DNA of 64,000 nt from Candidatus Latescibacterota bacterium (lineage in GTDB: Bacteria > Latescibacterota > UBA2968 > GCA-2709665), in the NCBI GenBank assembly GCA_965237675.1, contig OZ250150.1, positions 2,112,001 to 2,176,000 of the forward strand. The letters are read 5' to 3'. Both the position numbers and the translations under genes were made by a program. This document shows positions 39,834 through 48,991 of the stretch, one piece after another; position 1 is the stretch's first letter; every line of letters starts with the position of its first letter. Under the pieces are notes generated by a model, which saw nothing but the letters and a program-made list of their open reading frames with translations, searched no databases and was not told where the DNA came from.

Positions 39834-39874
39834 ACCGGTTGGCGGGACTCACTGCTTGCGGCCAACCGGTTTTT
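39834..39874 (+). terminator. Terminator-like hairpin in the lnt-tatC leader
   Basis: ACCGGTTGGC/GCCAACCGGT stem followed by TTTT. Confidence 0.5.
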
Positions 39875-39946
39875 CTGTCCCGCAACCTGAACAGCGAAAA
39901 CGCGACGGGTGAAGATCCGGCAGAAGGGTTCGGAGGAACCGGAAAG

Positions 39947-42268
39947 ATGACGGAGGCACGGCAGGGCATAGACTGGAAATGGATGGTGGTGTTTCCGGCG
40001 GTTTCCGGCCTTGTCCTGGGTGCGGCATTTCCACCCATGCCCCTGGGTTTCCTGTCTTACGTGGCGCTAATCCCGCTGCTGATTTCGGCGGAACGGCTGC
40101 GCGGCCGTGCGGCGTTTGGCGCCGGGCTCGTTCAGGGGATATTTTTCTACGGAGCGACACTTTACTGGATTGGTTCGATCACGCCGCCGGGCATGGCCGG
40201 GGCGGTTTTTTACATGTCCCTGTTCCGTGGCCTGTTTTTGTGGACGTTCGCCCGCGTGGTGTGGCGGTACGGCGTCGTGGGTATGTGGGGCGCGCCCTTT
40301 CTCTGGGTTGGATTCGAGTATTTCAATTCTCTGGGAGACATGGGGTTTCCATGGGTGTTGCTTGGAAATTCACAGACGGCCTATCTGTGGTTGATCCAGT
40401 ATGCTGAAGTGACGGGGGTGTACGGGGTTTCGTTCTGGATTGTGGTGGTCAATCTGAGCGTGCTGATGCTGTGGAGGAACGGGGCTCGGCGCTGGGCATG
40501 GGCTGCCGGGCTTGCGGCCCTCTTTGCGGGACCCGCGGCGAACGGGTATCTGACGCTGAAGAATGATCCGGATGAGCAGTCCGTGCCGGTGGGCGTGGTC
40601 CAGCCGGATATGCCCCCGGTGGCCAAGGAATACAGGGGATTCGATTACAATTTCGGCAAGTTGAAGCCGATGACCGTGGAGGCCGCCGGTCAGGGTGCGA
40701 AGCTTGTGGTGTGGCCGGAGACGGCGGTCGGCTATCTGAAAGGGGAACTGTACCGACACCATCGCGAGCGGGTGCAGGCGATGGTGGATTCTCTCGGCAT
40801 CTACCTCTATACGGGCGCGTATCGACTGGTGGCTGGCGACCCGGTGAAGGTGTACAACTCCTCGTTTCTGTTCGCCCCCCGAAAAGGGATCACGGGATAC
40901 TACGACAAGACTCGCCTGGTGCCGTTCGGCGAACGGGCGCCGTTCCCGGACCTGTTACCTTTTTTGCGGAAGTTCCGGTTCACCGGCGGCGGATTCGTGG
41001 GCGGCAACTGGGATTCCGGAGAGACGCGGACGGTTTTCAATGGTCCGGACGCCACGTTCTCCGCGTTGATCTGTTACGATTCGGTCTTTCCCGGTTTTGT
41101 TCGTTCCTTTGTGGACATGGGCGCCGAGTATCTGGTGGTAATTACCAATGATGGATGGTTTGGTCGAACGTCCGGACCCTTTCAGCACGCCGAAGCGGCG
41201 GTGTTTCGCGCCATCGAGAACCGGCGGGCCGTGGTACGCTGCGCGAATACGGGCGTGTCCACGTTTATTGACGCCTACGGACGAAAGGCGGGGACGACCG
41301 GAATTTTCCACCCGGCCGTGTTGACACAGGGGGTGGTACCGAGAAGCGCAAAGACGTTTTATACCCGGTACGGAGATCTGTTTTCCCAGGTCTGCCTGGC
41401 CCTGAGCGCGATTCTGGTGGTGTTGGCCTTCCGCCGGCGCCCGATGGATGTGACGCCATCGATTCTGCCCCATGACTCCGAAATCCCCGCCGAACGCGCC
41501 AGTGAACCGTCCGCGGGCGTCGAAGACAGACCGATGCCGTTTCTGGATCATCTGGAGGAACTCCGGTGGCGCATATTGAAGGGGCTGGCGGCCCTCGTGG
41601 TCGGCGCCGTAATCTGCGGGATATTTTCGGACCGCATCCTGGGGTGGCTCGTGTTGCCGGTTCGGGACGTGACCGCCGTAATGGAGCTGTTGGGCGTGGC
41701 GCCGGTTGAGCCGCCGGTCAAGCTTATATATTTGAAGCCGACGGGCATGTTTCTCGTCAAACTTCAAATTGCCCTGGTGGGCGGCGCGATCCTGGCGTTG
41801 CCGGTTCTTCTGTACCAATTGTGGATCTTCGTTGCGCCGGGTTTGTTGACATCCGAGCGGCGGTACGTATCCTTTATTGTTTTTTCATCGTCGATCTGTT
41901 TTGTCCTCGGAGGCGCGATTGCTTACCTGAGTGTGGTGCCGCTGTCGTTTCGATTCCTTATTCTCATCAGCGAAGGGACCGGCGTCGACCCCCAGTTCGA
42001 TATCGGTTACTACATCGGCTTTGTGTTGAGACTGCTTGTTGCGTTCGGCGTCGTCTTCGAACTGCCGGTAGCGGCGTTTTTCCTGAGCCGCATTGGCCTG
42101 TTGACCGCAGATCGAATGCGGCGAGGCAGGCGGTATGCGGTGGTGATCGGTTTTATTCTGGCGGCCCTGCTCACACCACCGGATCCGATTTCCCAACTGA
42201 TGATGGCGCTGCCGCTCGTGCTGCTTTACGAGTTCAGCATCTGGGTAGCCCGCGTCGCCGGCAGATGA
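39947..42268 (+). CDS. lnt-tatC: Fused apolipoprotein N-acyltransferase (Lnt) - twin-arginine translocase subunit TatC
   Basis: Lnt motifs GFPW, VWPETA, YDK..LVPFGE, ICYD, ITNDGWFG, RAIENRR, ANTG, TFYTRYGD. After a ~30-aa linker, TatC motifs MPFLDHLEELRWR, APGL, FELP, LTPPDPISQ, LYE. No stop codon between them. Confidence 0.9.
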   Translation: MTEARQGIDWKWMVVFPAVSGLVLGAAFPPMPLGFLSYVALIPLLISAERLRGRAAFGAGLVQGIFFYGATLYWIGSITPPGMAGAVFYMSLFRGLFLWTFARVVWRYGVVGMWGAPFLWVGFEYFNSLGDMGFPWVLLGNSQTAYLWLIQYAEVTGVYGVSFWIVVVNLSVLMLWRNGARRWAWAAGLAALFAGPAANGYLTLKNDPDEQSVPVGVVQPDMPPVAKEYRGFDYNFGKLKPMTVEAAGQGAKLVVWPETAVGYLKGELYRHHRERVQAMVDSLGIYLYTGAYRLVAGDPVKVYNSSFLFAPRKGITGYYDKTRLVPFGERAPFPDLLPFLRKFRFTGGGFVGGNWDSGETRTVFNGPDATFSALICYDSVFPGFVRSFVDMGAEYLVVITNDGWFGRTSGPFQHAEAAVFRAIENRRAVVRCANTGVSTFIDAYGRKAGTTGIFHPAVLTQGVVPRSAKTFYTRYGDLFSQVCLALSAILVVLAFRRRPMDVTPSILPHDSEIPAERASEPSAGVEDRPMPFLDHLEELRWRILKGLAALVVGAVICGIFSDRILGWLVLPVRDVTAVMELLGVAPVEPPVKLIYLKPTGMFLVKLQIALVGGAILALPVLLYQLWIFVAPGLLTSERRYVSFIVFSSSICFVLGGAIAYLSVVPLSFRFLILISEGTGVDPQFDIGYYIGFVLRLLVAFGVVFELPVAAFFLSRIGLLTADRMRRGRRYAVVIGFILAALLTPPDPISQLMMALPLVLLYEFSIWVARVAGR

Positions 42269-42355
42269 GCCGGGCATTCGGCCGCGGACGTCCGATACGC
42301 GACCGCGCGGGAACACTTTGCAGCGGCTGTATAAATTGACAAGGGATTGTTTTTT

Positions 42356-43333
42356 ATGAGTATACCGGTTGCGGTCGGCATTCTGGCGGTGTGTTTCGTG
42401 GTGCTTGCCAAGTGCGCTTCGTGGTTTGTGGACGGAGCGGTGGGGATTGCCGAATATCTGAATGTTCCGAAGATGCTCATCGGCATCGTGCTGGTGAGCC
42501 TGGCGACGACCTCACCCGAACTGGCCGTGTCCGTTCTGTCCGCACTCGAGGGGCATCCGGAGATGGCGCTGGGCAATGCCGTCGGTTCCGTGATTGTGGA
42601 CGACGGCGTTGCGCTGCCGCTGGGCGTCCTCGTGGCAGGGACGCCGATTCTCATCAATCCATATTTGTTACGGACGACCGGGATATTTCTGATCGTCGTG
42701 GATTTGGCCGCGTACGCGATGGCGTTTGACGGGCGCCTGGGGCGCGCCGAGGGAGGGGTACTGCTACTGCTGTTCGTGGCGTACACGGTTTTTGCATATG
42801 TGACGCGTCGTCGATCTTCCGAGGCAGAAGGGAACCGGCTGGAGGAACTGCAGGAGATCGAGGCGTCAATTGAGGGACGCGGTCTGGGGATGCTGCTGCT
42901 CTGGTTTTGCGTGGGGCTGGTCGGCGTGATGATATCCAGTCATTTTATCGTGGGGTCCGCGGTGGCCATCGCCTCGGAGCTGGGCGTCAGCGAAGCGGTA
43001 GTTGCGCTTACGGTTATTGCTATTGGCACGTCGTTGCCGGAGATCGCCACCGGCGTGACGGCAGCGCGGGGGGGACATGGGGAGATCGTGGTAGGCAATA
43101 TTCTGGGCGCGGATATCCTGAATATCTGCTGGATCGCAGGGGCATCCGCAGTGGTGAATCCGCTCGTGGTGGCGCCCAAAGTGATCCATTTTTCGTTTCC
43201 CGCCATGCTGGCGATTGTATTGGCGATGCTCGTCATGATGCGCACAGGCCACCGCCTGACCCGAATCGAAGGTTTCGTGCTGCTGGCGGTATACGGGGTG
43301 TATTTGACTTTTACGGGTATATTGTTCTTTTAG
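42356..43333 (+). CDS. Calcium/sodium antiporter (CaCA, YrbG-like)
   Basis: TTSPEL...GNAVGS and GTSLPE...GNILGA alpha repeats. Confidence 0.9.
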   Translation: MSIPVAVGILAVCFVVLAKCASWFVDGAVGIAEYLNVPKMLIGIVLVSLATTSPELAVSVLSALEGHPEMALGNAVGSVIVDDGVALPLGVLVAGTPILINPYLLRTTGIFLIVVDLAAYAMAFDGRLGRAEGGVLLLLFVAYTVFAYVTRRRSSEAEGNRLEELQEIEASIEGRGLGMLLLWFCVGLVGVMISSHFIVGSAVAIASELGVSEAVVALTVIAIGTSLPEIATGVTAARGGHGEIVVGNILGADILNICWIAGASAVVNPLVVAPKVIHFSFPAMLAIVLAMLVMMRTGHRLTRIEGFVLLAVYGVYLTFTGILFF

Positions 43334-43342
43334 GGGATCATT

Positions 43343-44377
43343 ATGGCCGGGATTTTTGTGACCGGTGGCGCGGGGTTTATCGGTTCGAACTTTGTTCGGT
43401 ACTGGTTGTCCAAATATCCGGATGACAGAGTTGTAAACTACGATTTGCTCACGTACGCCGGAAATCTCGATAACCTTTCCGATGTGGCGGAAACATATCC
43501 CGGCAGGTACGAGTTCGTCCACGGCGATATCGGCAACTATGAGTTGACTCGAGATCTTTTCGAGCGGCACCGGCCGGATTATATCGTGAATTTCGCCGCC
43601 GAGTCCCACAACAGCCGTGCGGTCATGAATCCGGACGTTTTCTACGAGACGAACGTGCTGGGGACACAGCGCTTGCTCCGGGCGGCTTACGACGCAAGAG
43701 TGTCCCGGGTTCACCATATTTCAACGTGTGAGGTCTACGGGGACCTGCCCCTCGATTCGGAGGCAAGCTTTTCGGAGACCGACCCTTATCTGCCGCGTAC
43801 GCCTTACAACGCATCCAAAGCGGCGGCGGATCTGGCGGTCCGGGCGTACCATCATACCTTCGGGCTGCCGGTCACGATTTCCAATTGTGCGAACAACTAC
43901 GGGCCCTACCAGTTCCCCGAAAAGGTGGTTCCTCTCTTTGTCACTCAGGTTCTGAACGGGAAGAAGATGACGCTCTACAGGAGCAGCCGGAACAAACGGG
44001 AGTGGCTCCATGTGGTGGACCATTGCAGGGCTATCGACCTGATCCTGAAACGAGGCAGGGTCGGAGAGACGTACAATATCGGCAGCGGCGTTGAGGTGGA
44101 CGTCGAGACGATTGCAGACACGATTCTGGATGTACTCGGGCAGGACGCGTCATCCAAGGTATACGTTCCGGACCGACCCGGACACGATCGCAGGTACCTT
44201 CTGGATTCGAGCAAGTTACGCACCCAACTCGGATGGCGCCCCGAAGTTTCTTTTGAAGATGGGTTCAAAGAAACAATACTCTGGTACACTGACAATCGTG
44301 CCTGGTGGGAACCCCTGCTGAAGCGCCTCGACGTGGACGAAGAAGGCTGGACGCAGGTGTCGTCCCGGAACTCCTGA
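43343..44377 (+). CDS. rfbB: dTDP-glucose 4,6-dehydratase
   Basis: VTGGAGFIGSNF, LTYAGN, AAESH, YNASK, NNYGPYQFPEK, DRPGHDRRY. Confidence 0.95.
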   Translation: MAGIFVTGGAGFIGSNFVRYWLSKYPDDRVVNYDLLTYAGNLDNLSDVAETYPGRYEFVHGDIGNYELTRDLFERHRPDYIVNFAAESHNSRAVMNPDVFYETNVLGTQRLLRAAYDARVSRVHHISTCEVYGDLPLDSEASFSETDPYLPRTPYNASKAAADLAVRAYHHTFGLPVTISNCANNYGPYQFPEKVVPLFVTQVLNGKKMTLYRSSRNKREWLHVVDHCRAIDLILKRGRVGETYNIGSGVEVDVETIADTILDVLGQDASSKVYVPDRPGHDRRYLLDSSKLRTQLGWRPEVSFEDGFKETILWYTDNRAWWEPLLKRLDVDEEGWTQVSSRNS

Positions 44378-44416
44378 TCTGAAATACGCGTCGATTTCTC
44401 CGGGAAAGGAAGTTGG

Positions 44417-44989
44417 ATGCCATTCCGGTTTCAAAGGATGGGAATTCCCGAACTCATTCTGGTCGAACCCCGGGTTTTCGAAGACAACCGCGGCTTTCTG
44501 ATGGAATCCTATAAGAGGTCTGATTTTGAGGCGAACGGGATTTCCGCCGAGTTCGTGCAGGATATCCACTCCCATTCGGTCCGGCGCGTTCTGCGGGGGT
44601 TGCACTACCAGCTGAACCCCGGGGCACAGGGCAAGCTGGTCCGTGTCGTGAAGGGCGAGGTGTTTGACGTGGCCGTGGATATCCGCAGGAACGCACCCAC
44701 CTTCGGACGGTGGGAAGCGGTTGTGTTGTCGGGCGCCAACTTCAGGATGTTCTACGTCCCCGAGGGTTTTGCGCACGGGTTCTGTGTGTTGAGCGACGAG
44801 GCCGAGTTCGTGTACAAGGTGACTGCGGAGTTCGCACCGGATCTCGACCGGGGCATTGTTTGGGACGATCCGGCCATCGCCATCGATTGGCCGGTTTCCA
44901 ATCCAATACTCTCAAGGAAGGACCTGGAACTCCCCCCGCTGGCCGACGCCGAGAGGAATTTCATCTACGACCCTGGAGCGGGTGTCTGA
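44417..44989 (+). CDS. rfbC: dTDP-4-dehydrorhamnose 3,5-epimerase
   Basis: DNRGF, LRGLHYQ, QGKLV, DVAVDIR, PEGFAHGF. Confidence 0.95.
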   Translation: MPFRFQRMGIPELILVEPRVFEDNRGFLMESYKRSDFEANGISAEFVQDIHSHSVRRVLRGLHYQLNPGAQGKLVRVVKGEVFDVAVDIRRNAPTFGRWEAVVLSGANFRMFYVPEGFAHGFCVLSDEAEFVYKVTAEFAPDLDRGIVWDDPAIAIDWPVSNPILSRKDLELPPLADAERNFIYDPGAGV

Positions 44990-45251
44990 GAACGAAGGGG
45001 ACGCGACACCCCTGGCGTGGGCGGACATTCTCAACATGGAGAATTATCTGGATGTTTCTGAGGCGATTGTGAACGGCGCCCTGGTGCGAAAAGAGAGCCG
45101 GGGATCGCACTACCGCTCGGATTTTCCGGAGAGAAACGATCGTGCCTATCTCTGCGATTTCGTTGTTACAAAGGACAGGCCGACGCCCGTAAGCCGTGAG
45201 GTTGTGTTGACTCGTATGAAACCGGAAGATGCGGAAAAGATGGGGACGTGA
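44974..45251 (+). pseudogene. Orphan C-terminal fragment of an SdhA/FrdA/NadB-type flavoprotein
   Basis: ENYLDVSEAIV.GAL.RKESRGSHYRSDFPERND motif; FAD-binding domain absent. Confidence 0.8.
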
Positions 45252-45311
45252 GCGTCGGGAAGTTGCGCGGCCACGAACGAGGCATCGCGGAACGTTCGAT
45301 CCGGACAGACT

Positions 45312-45953
45312 CTATCCAAGCGGACCACCGCCGCCGAAAAGGTCTTCGCCTTCTTCGGCGGTTTCTTCTTTGTTCGAGATGCCCCAGATCAGGCCGTGGG
45401 GATCCAGTTCGTTCAGAGGGGGGCTGTCGTATTCCGGTTGCAGTTCGTTCCCGCAGATGGGACAGCAGGCGTACGAGGGATGGTACAGGACGCCGTTGTT
45501 ACAGGTTTTGCAGGTTTTTACCAGTGTGTCCAGCTTTTCGCCGCAACGCACACAGTGCTGAAAGTAACCGTCGTAGGGCGTGCTTTTCCCGCACCCGGAG
45601 CAGGTCACCACATCGTGCAGGCCCAGTTTGTCCGCCGGAGGCTGTTCGACGGACACCGCGTGCCGGTCCGGTACGGAAACGTATTCGGCTTTGAATGTCT
45701 GAAATTTTTCGCGGATCTGGCTGGTTTGAACGCCCAGGTATTTTTCTGATATCGTAATGGTGAAGACCAGGTTGGGCGAGATACCGAGGAAGTGGATGAG
45801 GTCTCGCGTGTTCCAATCCCGCTGTTCGACGATGGTGGCCTGGTGGGTTTCACACAGGCTGAGGAAGTCCTGGATTTTCTTCCGGTTTTCCCGCCTGCGA
45901 TTGTTGTCTTCCCGTTCAAATTCGTACAGGGTGCCGAAGTCGATGCGGATCAT
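45312..45953 (-). CDS. Double zinc-ribbon domain protein
   Basis: CSGC, CVRCG, CKTC and CPICG pairs; ATGA overlap with the uvrA stop. Confidence 0.75.
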   Translation of the reverse strand: MIRIDFGTLYEFEREDNNRRRENRKKIQDFLSLCETHQATIVEQRDWNTRDLIHFLGISPNLVFTITISEKYLGVQTSQIREKFQTFKAEYVSVPDRHAVSVEQPPADKLGLHDVVTCSGCGKSTPYDGYFQHCVRCGEKLDTLVKTCKTCNNGVLYHPSYACCPICGNELQPEYDSPPLNELDPHGLIWGISNKEETAEEGEDLFGGGGPLG

Positions 45954-48721
45954 AGTGCGATCACCTCTTTGAGAAAGCGGCCTGTGTGGGAGGCCTGCGC
46001 CGCGGCAACGCGCTCCGGGGGCCCCTCGGCGACGACCCGGCCGCCGGAATCGCCGCCGCCAGGACCGAGGTCGACAATCCAGTCCGCCCGTTTCACGACA
46101 TCCAGGTTGTGCTCGATTACAACGACGGAGTTGCCCTTATCCACCAGCCGGTCCAGCACGGCAATGAGCGACCGGATGTCCTCGAAGTGCAGCCCGGTTG
46201 TCGGCTCGTCCAGAATATACATGGTTTTTCCGGTTGCCACACGGGAAAGTTCAGAGGCCAGTTTGATGCGTTGCGCTTCGCCTCCGGAGAGGACGGTTGC
46301 CGATTGCCCCAGCCGGATATAACCCAGGCCGACCTCCGAAAGCGTTTTCAGTTTCCGCTGTGCACTCGGAATATCTCTGAAGAAGGTGAGCGCCCTGGTA
46401 GCAGTCATATTCAGAATGTCGGCGATCGAACAGCCTTTGTAACGGATTTCCAGGGTTTCCCTGTTGTACCTGCTTCCGCCGCAGGCATCGCAGGTCACAT
46501 AGACATCCGGAAGGAAGTGCATTTCGATCCGTTGCAGGCCGTCCCCCTGGCAGGGCTCGCAACGGCCGCCCTTCAGGTTGAAGCTGAATCGACCTGGCGT
46601 ATAGCCCCGAACCCGGGCTTCCGGAAGCCGCGCATAGAGTTCACGGATGTCCGCGAAGAGATCGGTGTATGTGGCAGGATTTGATCTGGGAGTCCGGCCG
46701 ATCGGCGCCTGATCGATTCGAATGACTTTGTCGATTTGGGACAGGCCCGCGACACCGTCGTGTTCAAGCGGGGTGGCCGTGGTGTTGTGCAGCATGTTTG
46801 CCAGGGCCGGATAGAGCGTCCCGTTGATCAGTGTGCTCTTGCCGGATCCGGACACACCGGTGACACAGACAAAAATGCCCAATGGAACGGCGACGTCGAT
46901 GGACTTCAGGTTGTGCCCCCGCGCGCCTTTCACGACGATTCGGCCGGTGGGTTGTCGTCTGTCGGGCGGCGGCGGGATGGTCTTGCGTCCGGAAAGGTAA
47001 GCGCCCGTGAGGCATTCCCCGGCCGCCATAATTTCCTGCGCGGTGCCCTGGGCTATCAGTTCGCCGCCCTGCTCGCCCGCTCCCGGCCCGAGGTCGATCA
47101 GATGGTCCGCGGCCAGCATGGTTTCCCGATCGTGTTCGACAACCAGAACAGTATTGCCGAGGTCGCGGAGCGCGTGCAGCGTGTGGATCAGCTTGCGGTT
47201 GTCTCTGGGGTGCAAACCGACACTGGGTTCGTCCAGAACGTAAAGTACGCCCGAGAGGCGCGCGCCGATCTGCGTGGCCATGCGGATGCGCTGCGTTTCG
47301 CCGCCGGAGAGCGATGCCACGTTTCGTTCCAGGGTGAGATACCCCACACCCACGTCCCTCAGGAAGGCAAGCCGATTGCGAATTCCATGAAGAATCGGTG
47401 CAACAACCTCCGGGGGGCCCAGGCTTCCCTTCAGGCGATCGATGAAATCGCAAGCCCCGTCGATACTCATCGCGGCAACCTGCGCGATGTTCCTGTCGTC
47501 GATTCTGACCGCCAGCGCCTCCGTCCGCAGCCTGGCGCCGGCGCAGTCGGAACAGGCCACGGTGCGGGCGTACGAATCCAGCCTGGATCCAACTTCATCC
47601 GATGCGGCATCCGCCACACGCTTGTTGAGGGGTGGGATCACGCCGTCGAATCGGAGGGATCTGTCGCCCCACAGAATGGCCTCCCTGGCTTTCGGTGAAA
47701 GGGAACCGAATGGCGCGGCGAGATCGAAACGATATCGGTCCGCGAGGCGCTGGAGCAGATCGAGCGTTGCACGGCCTCTGGGCACGCCCCAGGGCGCGAT
47801 CGCGCCCTCGGCAATGGATCGGTTTGTGTCCGGAACGACCGTGTCAGGATCGATATCGGTCCTCGTGCCCATTCCGTTACAGGCTGGACAGGCGCCGTAC
47901 GGGCTGTTGAACGAGAACAGGCGAGGTGTCAGTTCTTCGAAGCCGATGTCGCAGTTTCTGCAGATGAATTGCGTGGAAAAGCTCAACTCACGGTCTTCGA
48001 GGATATCCAGGACGACGATACCGCCAGAGAGGGCCAGCGCGGTTTCCAGCGAGTCGGCCAGCCGGCGTTCAATTTTCGGACGAACGACCAGACGGTCGAC
48101 AACCGCGTCGACGGTGTGCGGTCGCATCGGATCCAGACGAATCTCTTCGTCCAGTGCACGGTCGTGCCCGTCGATTCGCACGCGCACATATCCGTCGCGC
48201 CGCAGGCGTTCCAACTCCTGGTCCAGACTACCCTTCCGGTTTCGTATCCGTGGCGCCAGAATCCTCAGCCGCGTACCGTCGGGCCGGGCGAGCACGGTGT
48301 CGACGATCTCGCCGACGGTCTGACAGGCAATGGGGTCGCCGCAGTTCGGGCAATGTGGCAGACCGGCACGGGCGAAGAGGACCCTGAGATGGTCGTTGAT
48401 CTCCGTGAGGGTGCCAACCGTCGACCTGGAATTTCCCGAGGCCCGGCGCTGTTGAATCGCCACGGCGGGAGAGAGGCCGTCGATGCTGTCCACGTCGGGT
48501 CTCTCCATCACCTCCAGGAACCGGCGCGCGTGAGCGGACATCGCTTCCACGTACCTGCGCTGTCCTTCAGCGTAGATGGTGTCGAACGCAAGCGAGGATT
48601 TCCCGGAGCCGGATGGCCCCGTGATGACCACAAACCGGTTTTTGGGTATGTCGAGATCGAGACCCCGCAGGTTATGCTGGCGGGCGCCCCGGATTCGGAT
48701 GGCGTCGTGGGTAAGCGGCAT
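45950..48721 (-). CDS. uvrA: Excinuclease ABC subunit A
   Basis: GARQHNL, GSGKSSLAFDT, FSFNSPYGAC, two ABC cassettes (LSGGE, DEP), GRTPRSNPATY. Confidence 0.97.
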   Translation of the reverse strand: MPLTHDAIRIRGARQHNLRGLDLDIPKNRFVVITGPSGSGKSSLAFDTIYAEGQRRYVEAMSAHARRFLEVMERPDVDSIDGLSPAVAIQQRRASGNSRSTVGTLTEINDHLRVLFARAGLPHCPNCGDPIACQTVGEIVDTVLARPDGTRLRILAPRIRNRKGSLDQELERLRRDGYVRVRIDGHDRALDEEIRLDPMRPHTVDAVVDRLVVRPKIERRLADSLETALALSGGIVVLDILEDRELSFSTQFICRNCDIGFEELTPRLFSFNSPYGACPACNGMGTRTDIDPDTVVPDTNRSIAEGAIAPWGVPRGRATLDLLQRLADRYRFDLAAPFGSLSPKAREAILWGDRSLRFDGVIPPLNKRVADAASDEVGSRLDSYARTVACSDCAGARLRTEALAVRIDDRNIAQVAAMSIDGACDFIDRLKGSLGPPEVVAPILHGIRNRLAFLRDVGVGYLTLERNVASLSGGETQRIRMATQIGARLSGVLYVLDEPSVGLHPRDNRKLIHTLHALRDLGNTVLVVEHDRETMLAADHLIDLGPGAGEQGGELIAQGTAQEIMAAGECLTGAYLSGRKTIPPPPDRRQPTGRIVVKGARGHNLKSIDVAVPLGIFVCVTGVSGSGKSTLINGTLYPALANMLHNTTATPLEHDGVAGLSQIDKVIRIDQAPIGRTPRSNPATYTDLFADIRELYARLPEARVRGYTPGRFSFNLKGGRCEPCQGDGLQRIEMHFLPDVYVTCDACGGSRYNRETLEIRYKGCSIADILNMTATRALTFFRDIPSAQRKLKTLSEVGLGYIRLGQSATVLSGGEAQRIKLASELSRVATGKTMYILDEPTTGLHFEDIRSLIAVLDRLVDKGNSVVVIEHNLDVVKRADWIVDLGPGGGDSGGRVVAEGPPERVAAAQASHTGRFLKEVIAL

Positions 48722-48737
48722 GAAAGATCGGGGAGGC

Positions 48738-48765
48738 AAAGCCCCGATCGGGTGACCGGGGCTTT
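48738..48765 (-). terminator. Hairpin downstream of tRNA-Arg
   Basis: AAAGCCCCG...CGGGGCTTT. Confidence 0.6.
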
Positions 48766-48768
48766 GGA

Positions 48769-48845
48769 TGGTGCGGCAGAGAGGACTCGAACCCCCAACC
48801 GTCTGGTCCGAAGCCAGATGCTCTATCCAATTGAGCTACTGCCGC
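48769..48845 (-). tRNA. tRNA-Arg, anticodon TCG
   Basis: GCGGCAGTAGCTCAATTGGATAGAGCA-TCTGG-CTTCGGA-CCAGA-...GGTTCGAGTCC...CTGCCGCACCA; 77 nt with encoded CCA. Confidence 0.95.
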
Positions 48846-48859
48846 GAAGGCGTTGGACA

Positions 48860-48887
48860 AATATACGTTTCGGCGCCGCCGTTGCAA
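48860..48887 (-). promoter_or_regulatory. Sigma70-like promoter for tRNA-Arg
   Basis: Minus strand TTGCAA-16 bp-TATATT. Confidence 0.5.
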
Positions 48888-48991
48888 GCCCAAAAATCGC
48901 CACTTGACAATGAATGACAAAATCCAATAATTAAGGGCTGGCATCGACTGTCGTGAAATCTGAAAGCCGCCGTTGCATCAGGGGGTGTTTT

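Noticed and set aside
48769-48845. tRNA as an integration site for an island
   Set aside because: No integrase and no duplicated tRNA 3' end noticed; flanked by uvrA and hemL.
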